Position numbers and translations under genes: made by a program. From NCBI GenBank assembly GCA_965250285.1, contig OZ252299.1, positions 256,001 to 320,000 on the forward strand: a DNA stretch of 64,000 nt. Direction: 5' to 3'. The notes beneath the pieces were generated by a model, which was not told the DNA's origin, did not search any database, and saw nothing but the letters and a program-made list of their open reading frames with translations. Below, in pieces: positions 29,843 to 40,374 of this stretch; positions within the stretch are counted from its first letter, which is position 1; each line of letters starts with the position of its first letter. Source of the DNA: Myxococcota bacterium (lineage in GTDB: Bacteria; Myxococcota_A; UBA9160; UBA4427).

Positions 29843-30685
29843 CTAGAAGTACTTGGCGTGCGAGGTACAGACCAGGAGCGCGCTGCGGTCGAGCGCCTCG
29901 TCTCGATCGACTGCGGCCGCTGCATAAGCGTCTGAAGTCGCCATGCCGACGAAGTCGGCGCGCGAGGGGTACTCGACGCAGGCGAGCTCGTCCCAGGACT
30001 GGGCCGGGGTGCCGTCGTCGGGTGACAGTCGCGTGCCGCGCGAGCGCAGTCGACCGCCGAGCCCGGCGATCATGCGGGTGACGACGCGCCCGTAGCGCCC
30101 ATAGGCTTCGCGACCGGCGCGCATGTTGCCCTGCGCGTCGCGTCGATACTGAAGCAGATTGAGCATGATCACCTTGCCCTCGATCCCCGATGCCGCATAG
30201 GCCTCGACGGCTTCGCGCGACGGGCGCAGCGACGGGTCGCCGTCGACGAGCACCGCGGCTTCGAGTCGCGATGGATCGGACAGGTCGGCGATGGGCGTGC
30301 GACGGCCCCGTAGCGCGAAGAGCCGGAAGAATGCGCGCGCCGCGACGCGCTCGAATGCAGGCGCCGGGCGGAAGGCGAGCGTGCGGACGCGGTCAACGAG
30401 CGCGTCGAGCCCCCACTCCCGGCGCGCAGCGAGCGCGTCGATCGCGTCCTTCTTGGATGGGTACGTGTGAATCAGCACCTCATTGGGCGCGTCGCTCACG
30501 TCTCCGAAGAAGACCTGGTCGACGTGCCCGGCCCATTCGACGCCGCCTCGATGCTGACTCGCGGCGCGCGTCGTGACGGCTTCGGTCGCGAGGCCGGCCT
30601 CGGGGTTCTTCGCGGTGATCAAGTCGAGCAGGCCGACCCGGCCCTGGTTCGGCAGATGCTTGAATGCGTCGTCGAGGGCGGGCAC
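29843..30685 (-). CDS. DUF1330 domain-containing protein (apparent tandem domains)
   Basis: MLNLLQY, AYGRYG, WDELACVEYPSRADF; degenerate N-terminal copy (HTYPSKKDA). Confidence 0.7.
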   Translation of the reverse strand: MPALDDAFKHLPNQGRVGLLDLITAKNPEAGLATEAVTTRAASQHRGGVEWAGHVDQVFFGDVSDAPNEVLIHTYPSKKDAIDALAARREWGLDALVDRVRTLAFRPAPAFERVAARAFFRLFALRGRRTPIADLSDPSRLEAAVLVDGDPSLRPSREAVEAYAASGIEGKVIMLNLLQYRRDAQGNMRAGREAYGRYGRVVTRMIAGLGGRLRSRGTRLSPDDGTPAQSWDELACVEYPSRADFVGMATSDAYAAAAVDRDEALDRSALLVCTSHAKYF

Positions 30686-30790
30686 GCGCGATCCTGTCGA
30701 GTGCGGCGGGCCGGCGCGTCGCGCGACCGGCCGGGTAGACGGCGGAGCGCCGCGAGTCTATCACGCGGCCGGTCGAGCTAGCCTCAGGGC

Positions 30791-31543
30791 ATGAAGTCGT
30801 CTCGAGGCCGGTCTCTGGGGAGCGCCGATGGTCGCATTCGATTGCGCGGCGTCGAGTCGATTGCGGCTGCACTGGACGACGGTGCGCCGGTCCGCGCGCT
30901 CTTCGTCGACGAAACGGCGAAGCGGAGCGAGGTCGGCGCGATCGCGAGCCGCGCGGACGCGGCCAAGATCCCCGTGCGGCGCATCGGACCGCGCGCACTG
31001 CGCCGCCTCGGAGGCCCCGGTGATCCGGTCGAGGCCCTGGCCCTCGTCGGGCCCGATCCGACTGCGACGATCGAAGAGACCCTGCACCGAAGCGGTGCCG
31101 TCTGGCTGCTGGTCGGCACCGAGTACCCGGGCAACGCAGGGCTGGCCGCCCGCACGGCCGAGGTGTCGGGCGCCGCGGGCGTCTGCATCGACGCACCGTT
31201 TGATCGCGCCGGACGCATGGCGTGTCTGCGCGCATCGATGCGCTCGGATCGGCTCATGCCGGTGCACTTCGCCGCCGCCGACGACGTGCTTCGCGCAGCG
31301 CGCGGCGCCGGGCGCCGCGTCGTCGTGGTCGAAGACGTCGGGGGGCGCGCGCCGTGGGAGGTCGACCTGACCGACCCCGTGCTCTTCGTCGTCGGCGGCG
31401 AGGCCGACGGCGTGCCGAACGCGCTCATCGAGCACGCCGATGCGTGCGTCCGCATCCCGACGCCGGGCTTCGTCTCGTCGTACAACCTGCAGGCCGCGAT
31501 GGCCGTGGTGGTCGGCGAGCAGCTTCGGCAGCTCGGGCTCTAG
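30791..31543 (+). CDS. TrmH/SpoU family RNA methyltransferase
   Basis: YPGNAG, VGGEADGV, IP..GFVSSYNL SPOUT motifs. Confidence 0.85.
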   Translation: MKSSRGRSLGSADGRIRLRGVESIAAALDDGAPVRALFVDETAKRSEVGAIASRADAAKIPVRRIGPRALRRLGGPGDPVEALALVGPDPTATIEETLHRSGAVWLLVGTEYPGNAGLAARTAEVSGAAGVCIDAPFDRAGRMACLRASMRSDRLMPVHFAAADDVLRAARGAGRRVVVVEDVGGRAPWEVDLTDPVLFVVGGEADGVPNALIEHADACVRIPTPGFVSSYNLQAAMAVVVGEQLRQLGL

Positions 31544-31562
31544 CTCGGGCGTTCGCCGGCGC

Positions 31563-32735
31563 TCAGCCCATTGGCAGATAGAGCAGCACGCGCGTGCCCA
31601 CGCCCGGCACGCTGTGAACGCGCATCGCAGCGCCGAGCCGCTCGGCCCGGGTCGCGGCCAGGGCGAGCTCGAGGGTGCGCACGTCTCGCGGCCCCGCGCC
31701 TTCACGGGTCGCGATGAACTGGCACGCCTTCCGCGACAGGGAGATCGCCGTGTCATGGATCTCGAGGAAGACGTGCGGGTCTTCGGTCGTGAGCGGGAAT
31801 CGGTCGATCGTCGGGTCGACGCACGACGAGAGTGCGAGCCCGGGCTCGGCGAGGCCGGTCGTGATGCTGATCGTGCCCCACTCGGTCCCGATCGCTTCGG
31901 CGGCCGAGTCGACGAGCGCTCGGACGAGGTCATCGAACGACGCGTCGTCGACCGTGGCGCCGGGCAGGCGATCCGAGAATGCGATGTCGAACGCGACGCT
32001 GCCCGGCAGGGTCTGCGAACGCTCGGCGGCGATCCACTGGGTTCGTTGGTTGACGTCGATGAAGCCGCCGGTGGCCGAGTCGGTCACCTGCTCGTCGAGG
32101 GCCTCGTCGGCCTGCTTGCGGACCGCGTCGGCCACGGCGCGCCAGTCGACGTCGCTCCGATCGGCGCTCGCCCGGTCGAGGGTCTCGACGATGCGAGCGA
32201 GGGCGAGGGTCGGCTCGAGCCGTTCGACCTCGAGGTCGCTGCGTGCGCTGCGCTCGGCGTCGACGGCGACCGACGGCGCGTCGTCGTCGCTGCTCGAGAG
32301 TGCCTCTGCAATGCGGCTCTCGAGTGCGATCTCGCCCGCCCGACGGGCCGTAATGTCGGTGGCGACGGCGACGAAGTCGGAGATCTCGCCGAGCGCGTCC
32401 TTGAACGGTTCGACGTCGAGGTGCACCCAGATCGGTCGATCGTCGGGTGTCGTCACCGCGAACTCGATCTCGCAGCGGCGACCCGACAAGAAGTGACGCT
32501 GGACGAAGTCGACGACGGAAGCATCGATGTCGGCCTCTTCGAGGAGCCAGCCGATCGGCTTCGAGATCGCGTCGTCGACCGGATAGCCGGTGACCTTCGT
32601 CCAGGCGGCGTTCGCCCACTCGATCACCCCGGCGCGGTTGCCGACGACGATCGCTTCGTCGGCGCCCGATGCGCGGGCGGCGATCTTTCGAGCGATCTTG
32701 GGCGACACGTCGGCTTCGTCGATTCGCTTGGCCAT
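31563..32735 (-). CDS. PAS domain protein with degenerate histidine-kinase ATPase-like domain
   Basis: PAS/PAC (IEWANAAWTKVTGY...FVAVATDITARR); C-terminal SVPGVGT..LYLP, but N/G1/G2 boxes degenerate. Confidence 0.7.
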   Translation of the reverse strand: MAKRIDEADVSPKIARKIAARASGADEAIVVGNRAGVIEWANAAWTKVTGYPVDDAISKPIGWLLEEADIDASVVDFVQRHFLSGRRCEIEFAVTTPDDRPIWVHLDVEPFKDALGEISDFVAVATDITARRAGEIALESRIAEALSSSDDDAPSVAVDAERSARSDLEVERLEPTLALARIVETLDRASADRSDVDWRAVADAVRKQADEALDEQVTDSATGGFIDVNQRTQWIAAERSQTLPGSVAFDIAFSDRLPGATVDDASFDDLVRALVDSAAEAIGTEWGTISITTGLAEPGLALSSCVDPTIDRFPLTTEDPHVFLEIHDTAISLSRKACQFIATREGAGPRDVRTLELALAATRAERLGAAMRVHSVPGVGTRVLLYLPMG

Positions 32736-33180
32736 GCGGCTCCTCATCCTTCAGCGCCGAGATCGATCCAGCGGCGGCGCAGCTTCGATGCGAGACAGGG
32801 GCGCTCGTGGCGGCCCGGCCTGCGGGTCGGCGGGGGGCGTCGGTCAGCTGGAGAGTACGTGCGTTCGGCCGCTTGTCTTCGAAGCGTTGGACACTCGGGC
32901 GCTCCGAGTCGGGCGATCCGGCTTCCGACGGACAGCGAGGTGCGCGACACATTCCCGGGGGCATTGACCCTCGGTTGCGCGCCAGAGCGGCTTCCGACAC
33001 AGCTCGTCGTCGAGACGGCCCTCGGCGAGCGCGCGCGACGTTCATCGACGAATTGGGATGGGATAGCCTGTGGACAAGCGAATCCGGGCGGGTGGCGCGT
33101 CTCTGCGCGTGCTCCCGGCTCGAGGGGGTGCCGACGGAGTGGGGAACTCGACACGAGAAGCGGTCGTCGATGCGAGCGGA

Positions 33181-33774
33181 ATGCCGCTCTCGGGCAAGGC
33201 GGCGACCCAGGAACGCATCCTTCAGGCCGCGACCGCGCTCTTTCTCGAGCAGGGCTACGATCAGACCACGGTCGCTCAGGTCGCCGAGCGAGCCGGCGTG
33301 AGCCGCGCGACGGTGTTCTGGCATTTCAGCGACAAGGCGGGGCTCTTTCGCGAGGCGTTCAATCGACTCGTCGAGCCGTTTCGGCGCAGCATCGAGCAGG
33401 GCGTCGAGGCCGCCGACCCCGAAGAGCGACTGCACGAGCTGCTGGTTCGCTACCCGAGCTTCATCGCGTCGCACCGGGATGCGATGGAGGGGTTCGTGCG
33501 TTGGGCGATGGAGGCCCAGGATTTTCGCAAGACCCTGGTCGACACCCTGCTCGATATGCACCAGCGCTACATCGGTGCGCTCACCGAGGTGATCGCCGAG
33601 ATCGCGCCCGAGGGTGAGGATCCGCGCGCGCTCGGCGTCGCGCTGATGGGGCTCATCGACATCGACATGATTCTGTCGTTCGTCGATGAGTCGGATCGCC
33701 GTTCGACCGAGCGCAAGGAAGCCGTCGAAGCGGTCGCGCGCATCATTCCACGCAAGGTGCGACCCGCGGGCTGA
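33181..33774 (+). CDS. TetR/AcrR family transcriptional regulator
   Basis: ILQAATALFLEQGYDQTTVAQVAERAGVSRATVFWHFSDK; start uncertain. Confidence 0.9.
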   Translation: MPLSGKAATQERILQAATALFLEQGYDQTTVAQVAERAGVSRATVFWHFSDKAGLFREAFNRLVEPFRRSIEQGVEAADPEERLHELLVRYPSFIASHRDAMEGFVRWAMEAQDFRKTLVDTLLDMHQRYIGALTEVIAEIAPEGEDPRALGVALMGLIDIDMILSFVDESDRRSTERKEAVEAVARIIPRKVRPAG

Positions 33775-33899
33775 GTCGTCCGCGCGCCCGATCGAGCCCA
33801 CACTGCGCCGGCCCGGCCTCGCTCACGCTCGGTTCGCGTGCCGCGCGGGCGCGCTCGCGCGCCGGTGCGCGATCTCATCCTGCTCGCGTGGGCCGACGC

Positions 33900-35624
33900 T
33901 CAGTCGACGGACGCGATGATGCGATCGGCGCGCTCGATCCGATCGGCCGAACCACTCTTGATGCGGTTGCAGCGGCTCTCGAGGTCGACCATGCGTCGAT
34001 TGATCCACGACGCTGCGATGTCGAAGCGACCCCGATCGGCCTTGGCCTGCTTCAAGAGCTCGGCGCCGGCGATCACACTCGAGACGGCCTCGGCGAGGCT
34101 CTGCGCCGACATCAACGCGTAGCTGAAGTCGGAGAGCAGGGCGCCCGACGCATCGAGGATGTGCTGCATGCCCTCGAGCACCTTGTCGGCGTACGACTTG
34201 AGCTCGGGGTCTTCGAACGCCTTGAGCTCGGATTCGAGCGCTTCGAACAGAGCACCGAGCGCACCCTTGCCGATCTCCTTGAGCGCGAACGAAACCTGGA
34301 TCTCACTCGTGCCCTCGTAGATCGTCGTGATGATCGCATCGTTGTGCAGCTTGCCGACCTCGCTCTCGCGCATGAAGCCGACACCGCCGTGCACCTGGAT
34401 CGCCTCGCGCGTGATCTGATCGGCGGCCTCGGTGCCCATGTACTTCGCGAGCGGGGTGAGGAGCCGGATCCGCACGTCGTTGCGCTCGTACTCGGCCTGC
34501 AGCTCGGTCTTTTCGGCCTCGCTCGCGTCGCCGCGTGCGATGGCCATGCTGATCGCCTTGTTGCGGTCGATGAGCGCGCCGGCGCGGTAGAGGATCGCGC
34601 GCGAGCCTTCGAGCAGGATTGTCATGCCCGAGAGCTTGTCCTTCATGAGGGGCTGCTCGGCGATCGGCTGGCCGAACTGAACGCGCTCGCGGGCGTACTG
34701 GACGGCCGCAGCGAGCGCCGCCTCGCCGATCCCGATGCCCTGGGCCGCGACGCCCATGCGCGCGTTGTTCATGAGCGTGAGCATGGCCTTGAAGCCCTGG
34801 CCCTTCTCGCCGATCAGGTAGCCCACGCTCTCATCGAAGTGAATCGCTGCGGTCGGCGAAGAGTGGATGCCGAGCTTCTCTTCGAGGCGGGTCACGGTCA
34901 CGCGATTGTCGGTGCCGTCGAGCAGCGTGCGCGGCACGAGGATCAGCGACAGGCCGCGCGTGGTGCCCTTCGACTCGTCGTACGTGTCGCCATCTCGGGC
35001 GAGCACGAGGTGCACTCGGCAGCCGCCGTTCGTGATGTAGATCTTGTCGCCCGACACGACGTAGTGATCGTCTCGCGCGTCGGCGCGGGTCGTGATGGCA
35101 CCGAGATCGGAACCGGCCTGGGGCTCGGTCAGATCCATGGCGCCGAGCACCTCACCGCTGGCGAACAGCGGGAGCCAGGCCTTCTTGAGCTCTTCGCTGC
35201 CGTAGAGCTGAATGTCCTCGGCCACGCCCGCCTGCAGCCCGATCACCGTCATCAGACCCGCGTCGGCGCGCGAGACCATCTGCATGATGAGGTTGCCGAC
35301 GAAGCTCGGCAGACCGAAGCCGTCGTACTCTTCGGCCACGCCCCAGCTGACGAGACCGGCCTGGGCGAGCTTGTCGTAGAACTCCTGAATGTGAGCGGGA
35401 TACACGACCTCGCCGTTCTCGAGGCGCGAGTGCTCCTCCCAGCCAGCGCGGCATGCATCTTCCATCTCGGCGCAGATCGCCGCGGCCGTCTGAACGACTT
35501 CGTAGAGCGCAGCGCGCTCTGCTTCGACGTCGACATCGGCGCCCTTGCGCCAGGCGAAGTACGACTCCCAATCGATGAGCTCGTTCAGATAGAGCCCGAC
35601 GGATTCATTCATGTAGTCGCTCAC
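33900..35624 (-). CDS. Acyl-CoA dehydrogenase
   Basis: MDLTEPQAGSDL, KIYITNG, EKLGIHSSPT, QVHGGVGF, IYEGTSEIQ; GTG start after GGAG. Confidence 0.92.
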   Translation of the reverse strand: MSDYMNESVGLYLNELIDWESYFAWRKGADVDVEAERAALYEVVQTAAAICAEMEDACRAGWEEHSRLENGEVVYPAHIQEFYDKLAQAGLVSWGVAEEYDGFGLPSFVGNLIMQMVSRADAGLMTVIGLQAGVAEDIQLYGSEELKKAWLPLFASGEVLGAMDLTEPQAGSDLGAITTRADARDDHYVVSGDKIYITNGGCRVHLVLARDGDTYDESKGTTRGLSLILVPRTLLDGTDNRVTVTRLEEKLGIHSSPTAAIHFDESVGYLIGEKGQGFKAMLTLMNNARMGVAAQGIGIGEAALAAAVQYARERVQFGQPIAEQPLMKDKLSGMTILLEGSRAILYRAGALIDRNKAISMAIARGDASEAEKTELQAEYERNDVRIRLLTPLAKYMGTEAADQITREAIQVHGGVGFMRESEVGKLHNDAIITTIYEGTSEIQVSFALKEIGKGALGALFEALESELKAFEDPELKSYADKVLEGMQHILDASGALLSDFSYALMSAQSLAEAVSSVIAGAELLKQAKADRGRFDIAASWINRRMVDLESRCNRIKSGSADRIERADRIIASVD

Positions 35625-35875
35625 GGTGCACTCCGGATGGCCCGCACGATCGGGCGTTGTCGAGAGAGGGAAGAGGGCGCGTCGGGTGGGGGTTGCTTGG
35701 AACTTCGGCCGCGCCCCGACAGCATATGGTGGGTTGCGTCGACTGCGAGTCAGGCGACGGCGCGCGCTCCGCGGCCGACGGAGCCCTCGACCGGTGCTGG
35801 ATCTAGACGGCCCAGATGGGCAGCGCACGCGCAGTGTGGACGCAGGCCGAGGCCCGCTGGCCGCGACCGACGCGT

Positions 35876-36844
35876 TCAGAAACAGCGATGCGCTCGAGGT
35901 CGCTCGCCGCCCATCCCCCTCGGTGCAAGCGACACGACGTCGGTGCGTGGTCCGTTGCAGGGCGGTGTCGTGCTCGAGCGACTCGAGGTCACGATCCAGA
36001 TCGGGACCGGACGCTGTGCGCTCAGCACGAACGCCAGCATGCGCTCGGTCGCAACATCATCGGCACGGCGCCCGTCGATCCACAGCGCCAGAGGCCCTCT
36101 GCATGCACGGCGGCGCAGCGCGCGCGCGAGCCCATCGCTCACGGCGCAGCGGCGCTGTCGCTCGGTCGCCGGCTCGGGCGGCCGGCTGCCGTGGCGACCG
36201 AGCCACTCGATCTCTCGCACGAGCCGGCTCCATTCGGCGCGCGCGCCGCCGTCGCCGTCTCGAAGAGACGAGGCGATCTGTCGCCACGGCCCGAGGGCCG
36301 CACCGTCGTCGTCGACGCGCCGGCCCGCGTGCAGACCCCAGCCCCGGTCCGCCGCGGCTTCGGCCCACTCTCGCGCGAACGCCCGGGCGCACGGTCCGGA
36401 GACCGCGAGGTGACGCGGGCCGTCGCGCAGGGCGCCGGCGAGCGAACGCTCCGCGATGTCGGCCGCGGCGGCCCAGCCCGTCTGCAGCTCGCACCGCATT
36501 GGTCGGTTCGGCGGACCGGAGCGGGGCGACGGGACCACGATCGAGACGCGCGCGACGAAGCGGTGGCCGCGCCGGCGGCACGTGCGGATCACCCGCTGGC
36601 TGCGGCCGTCGTCCCCCACCGCCCGGCGCACCTCGGCGAGCAGGGTCGAGTGGGAAGAGGAGCTGACGCGCAGGCCCCCCCACACCCGCGCCGCCAGCTC
36701 ACCGCGCGTCACCCAACGCGATCGGTGTCGGATCAGGTCGGCGAGCAGAGCCGCGGCCTGGGGACGGAGTCGCAGCGCGGCTCCGCGATACACGAGCTCG
36801 CCCGGTGTGGCTTCGAAACGATAGTCGTCGAACTCGACGATCAC
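35876..36844 (-). CDS. OmpR/CadC-type winged-helix regulator with degenerate, truncated AAA-like region
   Basis: FDDYRF...LIRHRSRWVTRGEL...VWG...LAEVRRAVGDDG...IRT..RRGHRF; downstream region lacks a Walker A. Confidence 0.65.
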   Translation of the reverse strand: MIVEFDDYRFEATPGELVYRGAALRLRPQAAALLADLIRHRSRWVTRGELAARVWGGLRVSSSSHSTLLAEVRRAVGDDGRSQRVIRTCRRRGHRFVARVSIVVPSPRSGPPNRPMRCELQTGWAAAADIAERSLAGALRDGPRHLAVSGPCARAFAREWAEAAADRGWGLHAGRRVDDDGAALGPWRQIASSLRDGDGGARAEWSRLVREIEWLGRHGSRPPEPATERQRRCAVSDGLARALRRRACRGPLALWIDGRRADDVATERMLAFVLSAQRPVPIWIVTSSRSSTTPPCNGPRTDVVSLAPRGMGGERPRAHRCF

Positions 36845-37147
36845 GGTTGGGCTCCAGCGGGGCCGGTCGGGGGCGTGGCGCGCCCGCGGTGGGCCTGCGC
36901 TCGGAGCGAGCCTGACCGTGGTCGCGGCACGACGCAGCGTTCGTCCGTACGTCGGCTGCGTTCGACGACGACCGGATTCGGACGCGGCTGCACCATCGTG
37001 GCCGCGCGCAGTTCGGGTGTTCACCCGTCCGGGCATCTCACTTTGCGCCGCACTCGGCATCTCAAGTGCCGGATGCGCGCGCGGCCAGATGCGCGGCGTG
37101 CCGGCCAGCGTGTAACGTAGGCCACGCACCCCTGGAGACTCGCCGAC

Positions 37148-37534
37148 ATGCCGCTGACCTGGGAAGTGGAAGCCGCGACCGGGCTGATCCTGATCGAGGC
37201 GAAGGGACGCATCGAGGTCGATCGCTACCTGACGCTCTGGGACGAGCTGATGGCCGATCCTCGCGTCGAGGCCGGGCCGAACCTCTTGGCCGACTTCCGC
37301 GAGGTCGAGGTCACGCGCAGCGGCAGCGAGGTGCGCACGGTCGCCGCGGGCAACAAACGCTTCAACGACTACATCGAGGGGGGGCGCCTGGCCGTCGTGG
37401 CCAGCCAGCAGGCGTCGTTCGGCCTCGCGCGCATGTACGAGGCGCTGATCGAGTCGCAGAGCCTCGAGGTGCAGGTGTTTCGCGCGTACGAGCCCGCGCG
37501 CGCCTGGCTCATCGAGCACCTCGACCCCGAATAG
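37148..37534 (+). CDS. Hypothetical protein (STAS/SpoIIAA-like small protein)
   Basis: SD GGAG; RLAVVA...FGLARMY...VFR...ARAWL pattern. Confidence 0.65.
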   Translation: MPLTWEVEAATGLILIEAKGRIEVDRYLTLWDELMADPRVEAGPNLLADFREVEVTRSGSEVRTVAAGNKRFNDYIEGGRLAVVASQQASFGLARMYEALIESQSLEVQVFRAYEPARAWLIEHLDPE

Positions 37535-37547
37535 CGCCCATCGCCGC

Positions 37548-37934
37548 TCAGTCGGCGCCGAAGACCTTCTGCCAGAGTGAGGGGGCGAGCACGCAGAGGC
37601 CTGCGACCGCCGCCGTGGCCGCGATGATGAGCACGCCGCCCGCGGCCATGTCCTTGGCGCGCTCGATCAGAGGATGGGGCTCGGCGTGAACGGCATCGGC
37701 GAGCGCCTCGATGGCCGCGTTCAGCGCTTCGGCACACAGCACGCTGCCGATGGCGAGCGCGAGCACCGCCCATTCGAGCCTCGATACGTCGAGCCAGAGC
37801 CCGAGCGCGATGACTGCTGCGGCGATGGCGAGATGAATGCGTGCGTTGTGCTCGTGCACGACGAGCGCCTGGATCCCCCGCCACGCGTAGACGAAGCTGC
37901 CCGCCCGCGTCCGCCATTCGAAGCGCTCGCTCAT
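37548..37934 (-). CDS. dgkA: Diacylglycerol/undecaprenol kinase family protein
   Basis: SFVYAWRGI, EHNARIH, EALNAAIEALAD, AKDMAAGGVL. Confidence 0.9.
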   Translation of the reverse strand: MSERFEWRTRAGSFVYAWRGIQALVVHEHNARIHLAIAAAVIALGLWLDVSRLEWAVLALAIGSVLCAEALNAAIEALADAVHAEPHPLIERAKDMAAGGVLIIAATAAVAGLCVLAPSLWQKVFGAD

Positions 37935-38035
37935 GTCGCGTGCTCCCCGTTTCGATTCTCGCCGACCCCCCGATGCCGCGCCATCGAATCGGTATCGTTC
38001 GCGCGTCGAACGCGACCGTGACGGGAGGAGCTGGA

Positions 38036-38974
38036 ATGCGAGCCGTGCGCTGTGCCGGAGACGCCATCGAAGTGGTGCAGGTGCCCCAACCGAACGGAGA
38101 CGGCGTGCGCGTGCGTGTCGCTTCGGCGGGCATCTGCGGTTCGGATCTGCACCTCGTCGGCGGCCCCTTTCCCATCACGGGCACGCTCGGCCACGAGGTC
38201 GCCGGCATCCTGCCCGACGGTCGGCCGGTGGCGATCGAGCCGCTCTCGCCGTGCGGGCACTGCCCGGCGTGCGCCTCGGGTGACTACAACCTCTGCGAAC
38301 GGGGGCCGGCCATCGTGATGGGGACCATGCTCGATGGCGGCATGGCCGATGAGATGCTCGTGCCCGAGCGCAGCATCGTGCCGCTGCCGGCGGGCGTCTC
38401 GGCCTCGGATGCCTGTCTGGTCGAGCCCCTGGCCGTGGCCGTGCACGGTCTGCGCCGCGCGGCGCTGCGGGGGGACGAGCGGGTCGCCATCGTCGGCGCA
38501 GGAGCCATCGGCCTGTGCGGCGCCGCTGCCTGCGTGGCCGCTGGGGCCGCCACGTATGTCGAGGCGCGTCACGACGCGCAGCGCGAAGCCGCGGCCCGCA
38601 TCGGCGCCTCGACGAGCGAAGAAGGAACATTCGACCTGGTGGTCGACGCGGCCGGCACGACATCGTCGCTCGAGCGCTGCGTCGAGCTCGCCCGGCCGGG
38701 CGGTCGCCTGCTGCTGCTGGCGACGTACTGGGAGGGGATGCAGCTGCCCGGGATCGCGCTTTGTATGAAGGAGCTCGACGTGATCCCGGCCTCGATGTAC
38801 GGCGCCGCCGGCGCGGTGCGCGATGTCGACACGGCGGCGGCGATCCTCGGTCGCAGCGCCGACCTCGCCGACATCATGATCACGCACCGGTTCCCACTCG
38901 ATGCGGCCGTCGAGGCGTTCGAGACCGCGCGAGACCGTTCGGCGGGCGCAATCAAGGTCGTGCTCGAGCCTTGA
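38036..38974 (+). CDS. Zn-dependent alcohol dehydrogenase family protein
   Basis: GICGSDLH, GHE, CGHCPAC..C, GAGAIG, ITHRFPL. Confidence 0.92.
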   Translation: MRAVRCAGDAIEVVQVPQPNGDGVRVRVASAGICGSDLHLVGGPFPITGTLGHEVAGILPDGRPVAIEPLSPCGHCPACASGDYNLCERGPAIVMGTMLDGGMADEMLVPERSIVPLPAGVSASDACLVEPLAVAVHGLRRAALRGDERVAIVGAGAIGLCGAAACVAAGAATYVEARHDAQREAAARIGASTSEEGTFDLVVDAAGTTSSLERCVELARPGGRLLLLATYWEGMQLPGIALCMKELDVIPASMYGAAGAVRDVDTAAAILGRSADLADIMITHRFPLDAAVEAFETARDRSAGAIKVVLEP

Positions 38975-39068
38975 GGCCGGCGAGTTTCCCCCGTCGCGGG
39001 CCTCGAAACGCGAGACGGGACAGAGGATCGCTCCTCTGCCCCGCCCGAGAGAACATCGCTTCGACCGG

Positions 39069-40094
39069 TCAGTCGATGAAGCCGAGCGCCTTGTCCTGGG
39101 CCTCCGGGTCGGCATCTTCGAACTGGATGATCTCGAGCTTCTCGAACGCCTCCCGGACGCGCGGCGTGATCAGGCCCAGCTTCTTGAGGTTGGGCACGAC
39201 GCGCATGAAGAGCATCGCGCGGAACGCCTTGCCGATTTCGCTCTCGAGCACGAGGGTGCGCACCTCCTCCTGATCCCAACCCATCGTGCGGGCGATCTCG
39301 TCGCCGACCAGGCGGTTTCGCATCAGCTCGCAGGCGTAGATGATGAAGTCTTCGCGGTCGCGCATCTCGTTGGCGGGCATGTCGCGGTAGTAGTCGCGCA
39401 GCGAGAGCACGCCGAACGCGACGTGGCGCGACTCGTCCTTCATCACGTACTTGAGCAGATCCTTCACGAGCGGCTCCTGGGCCGCCTGGTAGAGGTTGCC
39501 GAAGGCGGCCATGGCGAGGCCTTCGATGATGATTTGCATGCCGAGATACTTGAAGTCCCAGCGGCTGTCCTGGATCGTCGCGTCGAGCAGCTGCTTGAGA
39601 TGGGGGTTGATCGGCCACTCCATCTCGAGCTTCTCGTTCACGTACCGGGCGAACACCTCGACGTGGCGCGCCTCATCCATGGTCTGCGTGCCGGCGTAGT
39701 ACTTGGCGTCCATCCACGGCACCGCGGCGACGAGCTGCGAAGCCACGATCAGCGCGCCCTGCTCTCCGTGCAGAAACTGCGACATCTGCAGCGCGATCTG
39801 CGCGTGGTTGAGCCGGGCCTGCTCCTTGTCGTTCAGCTTCTGGTACGGGCCATAGTCCTTGAAGGGGTTGAACGTCGGCGGGATGATCGGCTTCTCCGGG
39901 TCGACGTCGATCGACCAGTCGAGCTGCGTCGTGCCGTTCCACTGATCCCGCTTGGCCTTCTCGTACAGATCGCGCAGACCTTCCTTGACGGTCCCGTAGT
40001 TCCACACGTAGTTCGAATCGAACGAGGTGAGGATCGTGTCGAGCTCTTCGTCGATCTGCGTCGCGGGCGTCGTCGTTTCGGGGGCAGTGGCCAC
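39069..40094 (-). CDS. Ferritin-like diiron protein (AurF/N-oxygenase-like)
   Basis: QFLHGEQGA, DEARH, IEGLA, DESRH diiron ligands; GTG start. Confidence 0.85.
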   Translation of the reverse strand: MATAPETTTPATQIDEELDTILTSFDSNYVWNYGTVKEGLRDLYEKAKRDQWNGTTQLDWSIDVDPEKPIIPPTFNPFKDYGPYQKLNDKEQARLNHAQIALQMSQFLHGEQGALIVASQLVAAVPWMDAKYYAGTQTMDEARHVEVFARYVNEKLEMEWPINPHLKQLLDATIQDSRWDFKYLGMQIIIEGLAMAAFGNLYQAAQEPLVKDLLKYVMKDESRHVAFGVLSLRDYYRDMPANEMRDREDFIIYACELMRNRLVGDEIARTMGWDQEEVRTLVLESEIGKAFRAMLFMRVVPNLKKLGLITPRVREAFEKLEIIQFEDADPEAQDKALGFID

Positions 40095-40311
40095 GGGGGT
40101 CTTCCTCTCTCGTTTCTCGCCTCTCGTCGATCCGGCCGAGGCCGATCGAAGGGGTGGGCGTGTGTCGGTTGCTCGACCCGGTGCGGTGCTCGCCGCGAGC
40201 ACCGTTCAGGGCCGCCTCTCGGTTCGCGCCGGGTCGCCTCGTTGCAGGCGGCGATCCGGCGGTTCGCGGCGCGTCTCCACTTTTCGGAAGTGCCGCCTCG
40301 AATCTTTCTTG

Positions 40312-40331
40312 CGAATCCGACGTTGGATTCG
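40312..40331. promoter_or_regulatory. Palindromic candidate TetR operator
   Basis: CGAATCC-GACGTT-GGATTCG between the divergent diiron gene and TetR. Confidence 0.6.
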
Positions 40332-40374
40332 TATTTTGGAGAGGATCCCAGATGTCAGGGGGACAGGTCAACCC

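Noticed and set aside
32736..33180. Short direct repeat CGGCTTCCGAC (two copies) in the PAS/TetR intergenic region
   Set aside because: Only 11 nt and GC-rich; could arise by chance
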